DNA of 64,000 nt from Defluviitaleaceae bacterium (GCA_009780585.1 WQZS01000014.1:227-64226), one strand, 5' to 3'. Shown: positions 44,829 through 54,799, numbered from the stretch's first letter. Translations and numbers: made by a program. Notes: generated from the sequence alone by a model not told the origin.

Positions 44829-45290
44829 TTAATTCGCAAACGCCGTAAACGCCTCACCGAAGGATAGAACCGGTTCATCATTCTGTGAATTCTCTTCGGA
44901 GCGTTCACGGCTTACGGTAGTGGACGTACCGCCCGACACGTATACGCGGCCACATTCCGCGCATTGGCTGGTGTGGAGTTGGATATGGTTTTGGATAACT
45001 TCCCGTCCCCTTGATTCGGCATCCACGCGGTCGCGGAATTGGTGCTCCATTTCGTGGTTACGCACTTCGGCGGCGGCGTTATCGGGGTGGATGTGCGTGG
45101 GCGACTGCATACTGACCCCGCCGTCGGAGGATTGGTCTTGGTACCTGCGGGAACTGCATGTCACACATTCGACGGCTTCGGCTTGGTGCGTTTGGATTTC
45201 CTCAAATTCCGCCGGGATTTCCGCTTTGTCGGGCTGGACCGCCGCGGAATATTCCGGCATGTATACGGGCATTGCGGGCATGATACGCAT
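44829..45290 (-). CDS. putative metalloprotease-like protein (HExxH; CJM1_0395-like family)
   Basis: HEMEH motif and CxxC pairs (CVTCSS, CAECG). AAGGAG RBS 7 nt before ATG 45290. Confidence 0.4.
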   Translation of the reverse strand: MRIMPAMPVYMPEYSAAVQPDKAEIPAEFEEIQTHQAEAVECVTCSSRRYQDQSSDGGVSMQSPTHIHPDNAAAEVRNHEMEHQFRDRVDAESRGREVIQNHIQLHTSQCAECGRVYVSGGTSTTVSRERSEENSQNDEPVLSFGEAFTAFAN

Positions 45291-45347
45291 GGGACGCTCC
45301 TTTATGTTATTATGATTGCACGTATTATACATTTCCAAGGGGGAAGC

Positions 45348-46301
45348 ATGAAACTTTTATCCTTGTTCCTGTTATCTTTATCGGCGATTTTTCTTTTTTC
45401 CGCTTGCGGACGTACGCAAGACCCGTCGGACGATATCACCGTCCGCGTCGCCGCGTTGCGCGGGCCTACAGCTTTGGGCCTCCTTCACATGATGGAAACG
45501 ACCGGACACGAATTCAAATTGCTGGGCGCACCGATTGAGGTTGCGCCCCTTTTGGCGCGGGGCGAAGTGGATATCGCCGCCGTGCCGTCGCACCTCGCGT
45601 CGGTGTTCTACAGCCAAATGGAAGGCGCGGTACAAGCGTTGGCCGTCGTCACGTTGGGGGTATTGCACATCGTGGATACCACGGGTGAAATATACGCCAT
45701 CGCCGATTTAACCGGACGCACAATCCATTCCATCGAAGGCGCGACACCGGAATTCGCGCTCAACTATGTGCTTAGGCGTAACGGTCTAATCCCCGGGGAG
45801 GATGTTTTCGTCGAGTTCTACTCCGAGCCGACGATGGTAGCCGCCGCACTCGAAACGGGTCAGGCGGAAATCGCGCTCCTGCCCGAGCCCTTCGTCAGTA
45901 CGGTGCTGGCCCGCATCGAAGGCTTACGCCCCGCGCTGGATTTGACCGAGGAATGGAACCGCGTACAACCCGATTACGGCTTGATCATGAGCGTGGTGGT
46001 CGCGCAGCGCGAATTCCTGGAGGAACATCCCGCCGCGGTTGCCGCTTTCATGGAGGAATACGCCCGCAGCATCGCGTACATGACGGGCGGTACGGCGGAA
46101 GCCGCGCAACTGGCCGTAGATTACGGCTTGATCCCCAACATCAACGTCGCGCGGCAAGCCCTGCCCCGCACGCATATGGTCTTCCTAAACGGCGAAACCA
46201 TGAAGCGTAACCTTTTAGGTTTTTACCGCGTGCTGTACGACGAAAACCCCGCATCCATAGGAGGCAGGTTACCCGATGAAGATTTCTTCTTCATACCGTA
46301 G
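45348..46301 (+). CDS. ABC transporter substrate-binding lipoprotein (NitT/TauT family)
   Basis: Lipobox LFSACG, followed by cognate permease and ATPase genes. Start moved to ATG 45348. Confidence 0.7.
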   Translation: MKLLSLFLLSLSAIFLFSACGRTQDPSDDITVRVAALRGPTALGLLHMMETTGHEFKLLGAPIEVAPLLARGEVDIAAVPSHLASVFYSQMEGAVQALAVVTLGVLHIVDTTGEIYAIADLTGRTIHSIEGATPEFALNYVLRRNGLIPGEDVFVEFYSEPTMVAAALETGQAEIALLPEPFVSTVLARIEGLRPALDLTEEWNRVQPDYGLIMSVVVAQREFLEEHPAAVAAFMEEYARSIAYMTGGTAEAAQLAVDYGLIPNINVARQALPRTHMVFLNGETMKRNLLGFYRVLYDENPASIGGRLPDEDFFFIP

Positions 46302-47040
46302 ACCCTTGGTATATACGCTTCTTGCCGTCCTGTTTTGGCTGCTGGTATGGGAAGCCGCCGCCGCTTGGGTCGGCAGCACGGTCATCCTCGTACCGCCGCG
46401 CTTGGCGTTCGCCCGGTTATTCGCGCTGGCGCAAACGGGGGGATTTTGGCTGAGCATCGGCACGAGTATGCGGCGGATCATGCTCGGGTTCCTGCTCGCG
46501 CTTGGCGCGGGTGTATTGATCGCCGTAGGCGCGTCGGTCAGCAGGATATTCAAGCACCTCATGCTTCCCTTCATTAACGTACTTAACGCGATGCCGCTGG
46601 CGTCGTTCGCTTTGCTTGTCCTGTTCCTCTTTGGGAGCCGCAACCTTTCCGTTGTGGTGCCTTTTATTATGGTTATGCCGATCGTATTCCATAACGTATA
46701 CAAGGGTATAACCAATACCGACCCCAAACTGTTGGAAATGGCGCGCGTATTCGAAGTTCCCCTTTGGAAGCGCGTTTTTTATATTTATGCCAAGTCCCTT
46801 ATGCCCTATCTGCTTTCCGCCGCCAGCATTGGTATCGGCTTCGCGTGGAAGTCGGGCATTTCGGCGGAACTTATCGGCAACGTGTCGGGTACCATCGGGC
46901 GGGAGCTGCACAGCGCGCGTAACTTTTTCCTCATGGTTGACCTGTACGCGTGGACGATCGCCATCGTTTTACTAAGCTATACCATTGATCGTGTTTTCCG
47001 TTTTATTTATGAAAAATGGAAGGGGCATACGCCGTCATGA
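46276..47040 (+). CDS. ABC transporter permease (NitT/TauT family)
   Basis: Six-TM BPD-type permease; overlaps both neighbouring genes. Confidence 0.75.
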   Translation: MKISSSYRRPLVYTLLAVLFWLLVWEAAAAWVGSTVILVPPRLAFARLFALAQTGGFWLSIGTSMRRIMLGFLLALGAGVLIAVGASVSRIFKHLMLPFINVLNAMPLASFALLVLFLFGSRNLSVVVPFIMVMPIVFHNVYKGITNTDPKLLEMARVFEVPLWKRVFYIYAKSLMPYLLSAASIGIGFAWKSGISAELIGNVSGTIGRELHSARNFFLMVDLYAWTIAIVLLSYTIDRVFRFIYEKWKGHTPS

Positions 47041-47627
47041 CCCCCATCGTGTTAAATAATATCCATAAATCCTACGGCACCCCGCCCAAGCCCGTATTGG
47101 AAAACATATCCCTTACCCTCCACCCCGGTATCACCTGCCTGATGGGCCCGTCGGGCATCGGCAAAACGACCCTTGCTAACATCGCGGCAGGGCTTCTATC
47201 CCCCGACGGCGGCACGGTTACGGGCCGCGAAGGTAAAAAAATCGCTTTCTTGTTTCAGGAAGACCGCTTGCTCGAATGGGAAACCGCGTTGTCCAACGTC
47301 CTTTTCGTCACGCCAAACGCGAAGGAATTTACCGCCCAAGCCCGGACGCTTCTTACACGAGCCGGATTGGCCGATGCCGTAAATCAAAAAACCGCCGAAC
47401 TTTCCGGCGGTATGAAACGCCGCGTCGCTCTTTGCCGTACATTGATCACAGACCGCGATTTCCTCATCCTCGACGAGCCTTTTAAGGGACTGGACGATGA
47501 AACCAAGCCCGCCATCATTGAAATGGTAAAATCCCATATTTCCCTTGAAAACCCCAAGATCATACTTTGTATAACGCATGACCATGCGGAAGCGGAGGCA
47601 CTTAGCGGGCAGTTGATACGAATGTAA
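47037..47627 (+). CDS. ABC transporter ATP-binding protein
   Basis: Walker A GPSGIGKTT, signature LSGGMKRR and Walker B FLILDEP. The ATG overlaps the permease stop. Confidence 0.85.
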   Translation: MTPIVLNNIHKSYGTPPKPVLENISLTLHPGITCLMGPSGIGKTTLANIAAGLLSPDGGTVTGREGKKIAFLFQEDRLLEWETALSNVLFVTPNAKEFTAQARTLLTRAGLADAVNQKTAELSGGMKRRVALCRTLITDRDFLILDEPFKGLDDETKPAIIEMVKSHISLENPKIILCITHDHAEAEALSGQLIRM

Positions 47628-47686
47628 TCCCGGGGGACGACGGTGCGGAGGGATGTGACGTGCGCTTATTGGAATCGGGTGATATG

Positions 47687-48075
47687 CTATTGATTTACAT
47701 ATTTCAAAGTCCATGGGCAAGCTATCATACATTTTAACGCACAACAACATTTTGATACATCAATTAATGATTCTCGTTCACCGCCAATATCCCATGTGTT
47801 TCCATGTATGGCTTTAGCCGGACAATTTTTAACACATTCGTCACAAGTGCCGCATTGAGGGATAATGACAGGATGATTTTCAATTGTAACAGGCATGTTT
47901 GTTAATACAGAACACATACAAAAAGCACAACCATATTCTTTTGTTATGAATAAATTATTTTTGCCAATAAACCCCATTCCGGCAATGCGAGCTATTGATT
48001 TTTGCGGTAGAATACTAACGCCTTGTGTTAAATTCGGGTTAATATATGCAATTGTACCGTTAATAAAGGGTTTGT
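47687..48075 (-). pseudogene. 5'-truncated remnant of a QueG/RdhA-like 4Fe-4S protein
   Basis: Track ORF 47687..47977 begins in mid-family (GMGFIGKNNLFITKEYG) and carries CGTCDECVKNCP. The frame stays open upstream (..NPNLTQGVSILPQKSIARIAG) with no usable start codon and runs into brnA. A full-length paralog architecture is seen at 20364..21284. Confidence 0.5.
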
Positions 48076-48093
48076 GAAAACAAGTCCTTAAAA

Positions 48094-48330
48094 TTATGTC
48101 GGTATGGATTCCCTCTCCTTTTGGAGCGTTCTAAGGAACTCGGTAACGAAAGCGCGTTCATCGGGAGGGAGAGCCGCCAACTTGGCTTCCTTATTTGGAA
48201 TATCCAAAGGACTCATCAATACAACTTCGCCCCGTGATACCTTTTCACGAAGCGGGTGTCCTTTGCGTTTCATAGTGCTTAGGTCATATTCAGCTTTCAC
48301 AAAATCACCTCTTCCAAAGTTTATGCTCAA
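48094..48330 (-). CDS. brnA: BrnA-type antitoxin
   Basis: 78 aa located downstream of, and overlapping, brnT. Contains the AEYDLSTMKRKG motif typical of DUF497-partner antitoxins. Confidence 0.6.
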   Translation of the reverse strand: MSINFGRGDFVKAEYDLSTMKRKGHPLREKVSRGEVVLMSPLDIPNKEAKLAALPPDERAFVTEFLRTLQKERESIPT

Positions 48331-48631
48331 TCTGCGTAGCTTTTCTGGCAGAAATTATGCGTATAACCATATCATCTTCGCGCCAGCAATGAACAACCGT
48401 AAGAATACGCGATTCTTTGCTTAACCCTATTACAATAAGCCTTTCTTCATCATCGGAGTGGCTGTCATCTTCAAACTCTTCAGCACCGCCAATGATAAAA
48501 ACAGAGGCAGCCTCTTCAAATGATATGCCATGCTTCGTTTTATTGCTCTCGGCTTTAATTTTATCCCAAACAAAAAGCTGACCGTCAAGTTCGTATGCAA
48601 CATCACGTTCGGAGGTTTCCATAAAAATCAC
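48305..48631 (-). CDS. brnT: BrnT-family (DUF497) toxin
   Basis: FVWDKIKAESNKTKHGISFEEAASVF...HSDDEERLIVIG...IRIISARKAT matches the BrnT pattern. Confidence 0.75.
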   Translation of the reverse strand: MIFMETSERDVAYELDGQLFVWDKIKAESNKTKHGISFEEAASVFIIGGAEEFEDDSHSDDEERLIVIGLSKESRILTVVHCWREDDMVIRIISARKATQIEHKLWKR

Positions 48632-48767
48632 TTCCTCATAGTATTCAAGGGGCGCACTTATACACTCGCAGAGCCGGTGCAGTGCGGCTTGCGGGGGCTT
48701 CCCTGCCTATCGGCAGGGGAATGAAGGCGAAGTTATACAAGCTACAAGCGTTAGCTAAAGAAAACGC

Positions 48768-49145
48768 TTATTTTTTGTATGCAACCGCATCAATCTGAAC
48801 TTGCAAACCACCTTCGCCACCATTGTGAGCAAAATCGGTAGATAAGGTTTTACGTGCAGGGTAAACGCCCTTGAATCGCTCCTTAAACACCTTTTCCATT
48901 GTTGGAATGTTCCAAGGGTCTTTCATCAACACGTCAACCTTAACAACTGATTCAAGGGTTAAGCCGACTTTGGACAATCTTTGCTCCATATCATCAAGCG
49001 CACCATTGACCTGTGCTTCAACAGATTGCCCCACATTCCCGACGCAAAAAGACAAGAATAAAAAGTCACCTGCCTCGACAATCTCCGAATAAGCATTTCT
49101 TTCAGCAGTGTCGTTATCAATACTATATCTTCTAATTTCGCTCAT
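48768..49145 (-). CDS. RidA/YjgF-family protein
   Basis: 125 aa, chorismate-mutase-like YjgF fold pattern (FLFLSFCVGN...VKVDVLMKD...PARKTLS). Confidence 0.65.
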   Translation of the reverse strand: MSEIRRYSIDNDTAERNAYSEIVEAGDFLFLSFCVGNVGQSVEAQVNGALDDMEQRLSKVGLTLESVVKVDVLMKDPWNIPTMEKVFKERFKGVYPARKTLSTDFAHNGGEGGLQVQIDAVAYKK

Positions 49146-49486
49146 ATAAATCTTCCCTTTCTGCGCATTGTTCAGTTATTTTTGCTATTGTGATTATAGC
49201 ACGTGCGTAATCATTCTCAAAATAATATCTTTCTCAAGATACTTGACAACCCTCCAACCACTCCAATTACATAAAATTATTGTTTTTTTGTAATTCTTTT
49301 AAGCGATTTATATGGGAATTTTAAACCGCCATCTTATTCTTGTGGACATACAATACAAGACGGACAACATTTTTGCCCTAACTACGGAACGGCAAACCCA
49401 TCATAAAATATATTAAACGATAAAAAATAAAAAAGACCTTATTCTTTTATGTAACTTTTTTTTACATCCATTACGTCGTACGGTAA

Positions 49487-49658
49487 CGTGAACGGGGGAA
49501 GGAACCCATGCCGCGCCTACGAAATCGGGTGTCGGGCGGCGAACGCGAGGGTTATGTTACGCCGTCGGGCATTTATGACCGACGGCGTAACTTCCCGAGC
49601 GGAGCCGACCGGCGCCCGATTTCGATGAGCGCGGCGGGGGTTCCTTCCCCCGTTCACG
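49487..49658 (+). repeat. long hairpin repeat LH-C (172 bp)
   Basis: 21-bp perfect terminal stem CGTGAACGGGGGAAGGAACCC and GGGTTCCTTCCCCCGTTCACG. Blocks CTACGAAATCGGGTG and CGCCCGATTTCG, GCGGCGAACG and CGGAGCCGA. Unique 13-bp central stem GTTACGCCGTCGG and CCGACGGCGTAAC. Confidence 0.9.
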
Positions 49659-49678
49659 GGGCGGGGGGCGGGAGCATG

Positions 49679-49710
49679 AAAAAACCGCCTTCAACCGAAA
49701 GCGGTTTTCC
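49679..49710 (-). terminator. weak intrinsic terminator candidate downstream of the deacetylase gene
   Basis: AAAACCGC and GCGGTTTT stem with a T-run on the minus strand, about 155 nt after the stop at 49865. Confidence 0.35.
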
Positions 49711-49864
49711 TATGTAGGCAAGCCAGACCAAAAGGCCGGGGGTGTTGGCTTGCCAATGCCAAACATGAAGGGTACTGAGGGGGCGACCCTTCACAGGCGG
49801 GGTAAGGGTACAGCAGTATGTACAAGCCGTCAACGCCTTTTGCAAATTGTGTAAATATGATGGG

Positions 49865-51274
49865 TCAGCGTATGCGCACCCCCCGGTATATCCTGCCCGG
49901 CACCAAATCGTCGTAATGATCAGCCACCAATTCCGACGCCGTCACCAACTCAAACCCGTCGGCAATCAAACGCGGGATCACCTTTTCCATGGCCTGCACC
50001 GTGCTGAGGTATATGTCATGCAGCACAACAACGGAACCGTCACGGGCTTGGTTCATGATCCATCTGTAAATAAAATCGGGGCATTGATGGTTTTCGCGCC
50101 AATCCTGCGGGTCGATGGACCACATAAGGATACCGTGGCCGAGTTCCGCCGCTACGGATTCCAATTGGCTGTTTATATCGCCGAAGGGGGGCCTGAATAG
50201 AGGCGTACGCGTACCCGTGACGGCGTAAATCGCATCATCGGTATTGCGTATCGCATCGACTACGCTTGCGCGGTTTTGGGTGGTCATATTGGTATGGTTC
50301 CAAGAATGGCCGATAATTTCGTTCCCCCCCGCAACCGCGCGGAGTATCGTATTTTCCCAATTCTTTACTTTGTTACCCAATACGCAAAACGTCGCGCGCG
50401 CGTTGTGCTGTTCCAATATATCCAAAATCATCCCGGTAAAGACGCTGGGGCCGTCGTCGAAGGTCAGCGCGATCATAGGGCGGCGCGGGGTGGGTTCGGG
50501 AACGGGTCTGTTTTCGGGGATATGATTGCGGATGAAATATTCGGGCATGGGCGGAACCGGGGTATTCGGCACAGGGGGAAGATCGGGTGCGACCGCCTTT
50601 TGATATGGGGGGAAGTCCGCGGTTCCCGCAAGCAGGAAGGCTTCGCCCAGCGTTTCGAAAGGCAGAATAAATTCCATATCTCCGCCGATGACGGGCAGAT
50701 ATCGCTTCGTATTGATGGGTACCGCCAAGCCTTCGTCTGTAAGGTAAATGCCGGTAAGCCACGAAGGGTTCATGTCAAACAGGAACATTTCCGCTTGCGG
50801 CGCTTCCTCCGTGATGCGGTCCCTCAGCATCGCGAGTACCGGTTCAACCCGGTCGAAATCGATGATTTCCCACGGCGCGGCGAACGAACCCGTCTCCATG
50901 TCAATGTTTAGGCTTTCTGTCAGAACCAAACCGCCGAACGTACCCCGCATGACAACCCCGATAAACCTTTCGCCTTCAAATTCCTTTGAAAACGTAAGCC
51001 GCATTTCACCGCTTGCCGTTTCGTTAAGCGTCCCGTTATACGCCAGCATCGGCATATACACGTTGTTCACCCAATCGCGCAGCATGGCGCTTACGGTATC
51101 ATTCGTTTCGGGGATACGGATATCGACAAAAAGCGTCCCCGCCGCCATGCCTTCGGCTTGCGTGTCCGCGATGGCACACGTAGTCAACAATACCATTAAA
51201 AGAAGGGCAGAAACGATACACATTAAAAATTGTTTCATCGCACGCCCCCCTTTATTAAATTCTATGTAGCGCAA
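49865..51274 (-). CDS. secreted polysaccharide deacetylase (NodB homology domain) with an N-terminal DUF3298/RsiV-like domain
   Basis: Signal/TM N-terminus, ALTFDDGPS and HSWNH NodB motifs, and a Pro-rich linker. Confidence 0.8.
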   Translation of the reverse strand: MRYIEFNKGGRAMKQFLMCIVSALLLMVLLTTCAIADTQAEGMAAGTLFVDIRIPETNDTVSAMLRDWVNNVYMPMLAYNGTLNETASGEMRLTFSKEFEGERFIGVVMRGTFGGLVLTESLNIDMETGSFAAPWEIIDFDRVEPVLAMLRDRITEEAPQAEMFLFDMNPSWLTGIYLTDEGLAVPINTKRYLPVIGGDMEFILPFETLGEAFLLAGTADFPPYQKAVAPDLPPVPNTPVPPMPEYFIRNHIPENRPVPEPTPRRPMIALTFDDGPSVFTGMILDILEQHNARATFCVLGNKVKNWENTILRAVAGGNEIIGHSWNHTNMTTQNRASVVDAIRNTDDAIYAVTGTRTPLFRPPFGDINSQLESVAAELGHGILMWSIDPQDWRENHQCPDFIYRWIMNQARDGSVVVLHDIYLSTVQAMEKVIPRLIADGFELVTASELVADHYDDLVPGRIYRGVRIR

Positions 51275-51330
51275 ATAAAATGATTCCCGTTTAATTTGCC
51301 TTTCTTACCGAAAAGTATACTCCGTACGAC

Positions 51331-51368
51331 AAAAAAGGACAAGCCCCAAAATTCGGGAATTGCCCTTG
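51331..51368 (-). terminator. intrinsic terminator candidate for rpmE
   Basis: Minus-strand hairpin AAGGGCAA..TTGTCCTT followed by TTTTTT. Confidence 0.45.
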
Positions 51369-51389
51369 ATTCGTCATGTTTTAACGTCG

Positions 51390-51593
51390 TTAATCCATTT
51401 TGTACTTTTTCTTGAAACGTTCCACGCGCCCGCCTGCCTCGATCAGCAATTTTTGACTGCCCGTGTAGAAGGGATGGCACTTGGAACAGACTTCCACGTG
51501 GATGTTTTCCTTGGTAGAGCCCGTAACGAACTCATTGCCGCAGTTGCATCGCACTTTTGCCTGAAAATAGTTGGGATGGATAGCCGCTTTCAT
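51390..51593 (-). CDS. rpmE: 50S ribosomal protein L31 (Zn-ribbon type A)
   Basis: [23 protein letters not shown]. Confidence 0.92.
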   Translation of the reverse strand: MKAAIHPNYFQAKVRCNCGNEFVTGSTKENIHVEVCSKCHPFYTGSQKLLIEAGGRVERFKKKYKMD

Positions 51594-51647
51594 TCTTTTC
51601 ACCATCCTTTCTTTGAAAAAGTCGTCCTTTCGGAAGCGCGAGGCGTA

Positions 51648-52352
51648 CTATAGCACAGGAAGGTGTTGCAATGCAAATGCTGCCGCGTTTTCGATGAATC
51701 CCTTGATTTGCGCAAAGGTGATGAAGCGGTTCCGCGATGTATCCGCGGGGGGTTGGTTTTTATACCGGGTATAAATGCCGCCGCTTTCATACAGGATGCT
51801 TGCGCGGATGGCTTCGGCTTCTTCCGCCGCTATCCGTCCGTCAAATCCGCGGGTTTCGGCTTGAGGCAATAACCGTATGACGCGTTCGGTTTCCGGTTCC
51901 TGATAGAGTTGCAAGTCCAGCGCACCCATTTCGCGGTAATAATCGCTTGTGTAGACATTCTCGGCTTCCTCGGGGTATCCGGCGCAAAAATTTTTCCATA
52001 AAGTCAGATTATTATAGACATCCGTCAGCACATGGACTACGTATCCGGCAACGAAGGGATCGGTCAAGTGATTGGCCCCTTTCGGGATGGACGACCAAAC
52101 CCGGTTGATTTCAACAAGCCATCCGTCGTTATCGGTTATTTTCCCCCAAGGTTCGCTGCTTTCGTGACAAAGATGCGTATGCTTTTTTTCCGCGCCGATC
52201 ACATGCTGCGGCGCACCTTCCAATCCCGCACGGTAATGCACGCCGTCGGGCGCAAGACTGCCCAATAAAAAAGAAGCGGTTTCACCGTCGGAAAGGCATA
52301 ACGCCCGTGCGATCTTTTCCGCTACACGCAGGTGTACGACGGGAAAGGGCAT
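51648..52352 (-). CDS. hypothetical metal-dependent hydrolase (zinc-dependent phospholipase C-like?)
   Basis: N-terminal PVVHLRVAEK...GSLAPDGVHY pattern; family recalled only loosely. Confidence 0.35.
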   Translation of the reverse strand: MPFPVVHLRVAEKIARALCLSDGETASFLLGSLAPDGVHYRAGLEGAPQHVIGAEKKHTHLCHESSEPWGKITDNDGWLVEINRVWSSIPKGANHLTDPFVAGYVVHVLTDVYNNLTLWKNFCAGYPEEAENVYTSDYYREMGALDLQLYQEPETERVIRLLPQAETRGFDGRIAAEEAEAIRASILYESGGIYTRYKNQPPADTSRNRFITFAQIKGFIENAAAFALQHLPVL

Positions 52353-52453
52353 TATAAATCTCCGCCCACATGCACCATTTGCATAACAAAACCTGCCGCG
52401 ATTACTGCGGCTATATTTTTAAATATAAACATTTAATGCCTCCATTCGTTTGT

Positions 52454-52482
52454 TTGACGGGTACGCTTAACAACGTTACAAT
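52454..52482 (+). promoter_or_regulatory. sigma-70-type promoter candidate for the isomerase-araD operon
   Basis: TTGACG, 17 nt, TACAAT, about 80 nt upstream of ATG 52563. Confidence 0.55.
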
Positions 52483-52562
52483 AGAATGTGCTTTACAAAA
52501 TGTCAAATCTATGTTAATGCGGGGCGATTTCGCGCCGCCAAACAATCCCAGGAGGGCGATTT

Positions 52563-54047
52563 ATGAAAAACGCACCCATCGTTAAGCTCGGCATCGTGGC
52601 CGTGAGCCGTGACTGCTTCCCCATGAGCCTGTCGGAAAGGCGCCGCAAAGCCGTCGTCGCCGAGCTTGTAAAAAAAGGCATCGAAAGCGTGGAAATCACT
52701 ACAATCGTTGAAAATGAAAAGGACACGATGCTGGCGCTGGACGGATTGAAAAAAGCCGGTTGCAACGCGCTGTGCGTCTACCTCGGCAACTTCGGCCCCG
52801 AAGGGCCCGAAACGCTGCTGGCGCAGAAGTTCTGCGGGCCGGTCATGTTCGCCGCCGCCGCCGAGGAAACGGGCGAGGATTTGATCAACAGCCGCGGCGA
52901 CGCGTACTGCGGTATGCTCAACGCTTCCTATAACTTGGGCCTGCGCGGGGTCAACGCCTACATACCGGAATACCCGGTAGGCACCGCCGCCGAAGTGGCG
53001 TGCATGATCGCCGACTTCCTGCCCGTGGCTAAGGTGAAGGTTGCGTTATCCAAGTTGAAGATATTCGCCTTCGGGCCGCGCCCCTTCGATTTCCTGGCTT
53101 GCAACGCGCCGATCGCACCGCTCTTTAAACTGGGTGTGGAAATCCAGGAAAACTCCGAACTCGACCTCTTCGCCGCGTACAACGCGCGCAAGGGCGACCC
53201 CCGTATCGAAAAAGTCGCCGCCGAAATGGCCGCCGAACTCGGTAGGGGCAACAAGCACGAAGGCATCCTCACCCGCCTGGCGCAATTCGAAATCACCCTG
53301 CTCGATTGGGCGGAGGAAAATAAGGGCGCGAGCGAATATTTCGTATTCGCCAACAAGTGCTGGCCCGCGTTCCAAACGCAGTTCGGCATGGTACCTTGCT
53401 ATGTAAACAGCCGCTTAACCGCGCGCGGCATCCCCGTAAGTTGCGAAACGGATATCTACGGCGCCCTTTCCGAATACATCCTGTACCTCGTGACCGAAAA
53501 CGCCCCCACCCTCCTCGACATTAATAATACCGTCCCCGCCGACATGTACGAAGCGAATAAAAATAAAGTGGGCGGATACAAACCCAACGACCTGTTCATG
53601 GGCTTCCATTGCGGAAACACGCCCATCTGCCATTTGAAGGACGACGCCGAAATGAAGTACCAGCTTATCATGAAGCGCGCCCTCGAACCCGACGGCGAAC
53701 CCGACATCACCCGCGGCACACTCGAAGGAACGATCAAAGCCGGGCAAATCACCCTGTTCCGCTTGCAATCCACCGCCGATTGCGTCCTGCGTTCCTACAT
53801 CGCGCAAGGGGAAACCCTTGATATCGACCACAAATCCTTCGGCGGCATCGGGATTATCGCCGTGGATGAAATGGCACGCTTCTACCGCCACGTCCTCGTC
53901 GGCAAACGGTATCCCCACCACGCGGGCATGGGCTTCGGCCATGTAGGCAAGACGTTGTTCTCCGCCATGAAGATGCTGGGCGTTTGCGATGTGGCGTACA
54001 ACCAACCCGCCAGCCTGCCTTATTGCGGGGAGAATCCTTTTAAATAA
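52563..54047 (+). CDS. L-fucose/L-arabinose isomerase-family protein
   Basis: 494 aa. The family call comes from overall sequence pattern and linkage to araD. Specific substrate unknown. Confidence 0.65.
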   Translation: MKNAPIVKLGIVAVSRDCFPMSLSERRRKAVVAELVKKGIESVEITTIVENEKDTMLALDGLKKAGCNALCVYLGNFGPEGPETLLAQKFCGPVMFAAAAEETGEDLINSRGDAYCGMLNASYNLGLRGVNAYIPEYPVGTAAEVACMIADFLPVAKVKVALSKLKIFAFGPRPFDFLACNAPIAPLFKLGVEIQENSELDLFAAYNARKGDPRIEKVAAEMAAELGRGNKHEGILTRLAQFEITLLDWAEENKGASEYFVFANKCWPAFQTQFGMVPCYVNSRLTARGIPVSCETDIYGALSEYILYLVTENAPTLLDINNTVPADMYEANKNKVGGYKPNDLFMGFHCGNTPICHLKDDAEMKYQLIMKRALEPDGEPDITRGTLEGTIKAGQITLFRLQSTADCVLRSYIAQGETLDIDHKSFGGIGIIAVDEMARFYRHVLVGKRYPHHAGMGFGHVGKTLFSAMKMLGVCDVAYNQPASLPYCGENPFK

Positions 54048-54094
54048 TCCGGGATGCGGAATCTAACGTTCGGAATAAAAGATAGGGTGGGAAT

Positions 54095-54799
54095 ATGTTA
54101 AAGAATTTGAGAAAACTGGTTTGCGCCGCCAACAAGGAGCTTCCCCGCTTGGGGTTGGTTTCCTTTACCTGGGGGAACGTGAGCGGCATCGACCGCAAAC
54201 GCGGGCTGGTCGTGATCAAGCCCAGCGGCGTTCCGTATAAGGATTTGACCCCCGAAAACATGGTCGTCGTGGATTTGACGGGCAAGGTCGTCGAAGGGAA
54301 GAACCCCTCCAGCGACACGCCCACGCACCTGCGCCTGTACGAAGCCTTCCCGGAAATCGGCGGCGTTGTGCATACCCATTCCACGTGGGCAACAATTTTC
54401 GCCCAAGCGGGTAAACCCATCGAACCCTACGGCACCACCCACGCGGATCATTTTTACGGCCCCGTCCCCTGTACCCGCGCGCTCACCGAAGCGGAAATCA
54501 ACAACCAATACGAATGGGAAACGGGCAACGTCATCGCCGAAGCCTTCACCGCACTCGACTATACAGCCACCCCCGCGGTACTGGTTAAGAACCACGGCCC
54601 CTTCACCTGGGGCGCAACCCCCGACGAAGCCGTGCATAATTCCGCCGTGTTGGACACCGTCGCCCAATTGGCTTTATTTTCGAAAAAGCTGAACGCGAAA
54701 ATGCCCGCGATCCCGCAAGCGCTGTTGGATAAACACTATAAAAGGAAGCACGGGCCCGACGCGTATTACGGGCAGGTAAGCAAAGAAGAAGAACAATAA
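54095..54799 (+). CDS. araD: L-ribulose-5-phosphate 4-epimerase
   Basis: Near-collinear with E. coli AraD from memory (TWGNVSGIDR..VIKPSGV..SSDTPTH..HTHS..GTTHADHFYG). Confidence 0.9.
   Translation: MLKNLRKLVCAANKELPRLGLVSFTWGNVSGIDRKRGLVVIKPSGVPYKDLTPENMVVVDLTGKVVEGKNPSSDTPTHLRLYEAFPEIGGVVHTHSTWATIFAQAGKPIEPYGTTHADHFYGPVPCTRALTEAEINNQYEWETGNVIAEAFTALDYTATPAVLVKNHGPFTWGATPDEAVHNSAVLDTVAQLALFSKKLNAKMPAIPQALLDKHYKRKHGPDAYYGQVSKEEEQ

Noticed and set aside
47661-47685. GGAATCGGGTGAT at the left edge of the brnTA islet, considered as a remnant of the hairpin repeat.
   Set aside because: A 13-nt match is too short to call without statistics. It is mentioned only as a possible relic.
48640-48730. 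Short GC-rich patch with an 8-bp hairpin (CCCTGCC..GGCAGGG) between brnT and ridA.
   Set aside because: It has no T-tract, no similarity to the repeat families, and no ORF. It may simply be the brnT promoter or leader region.
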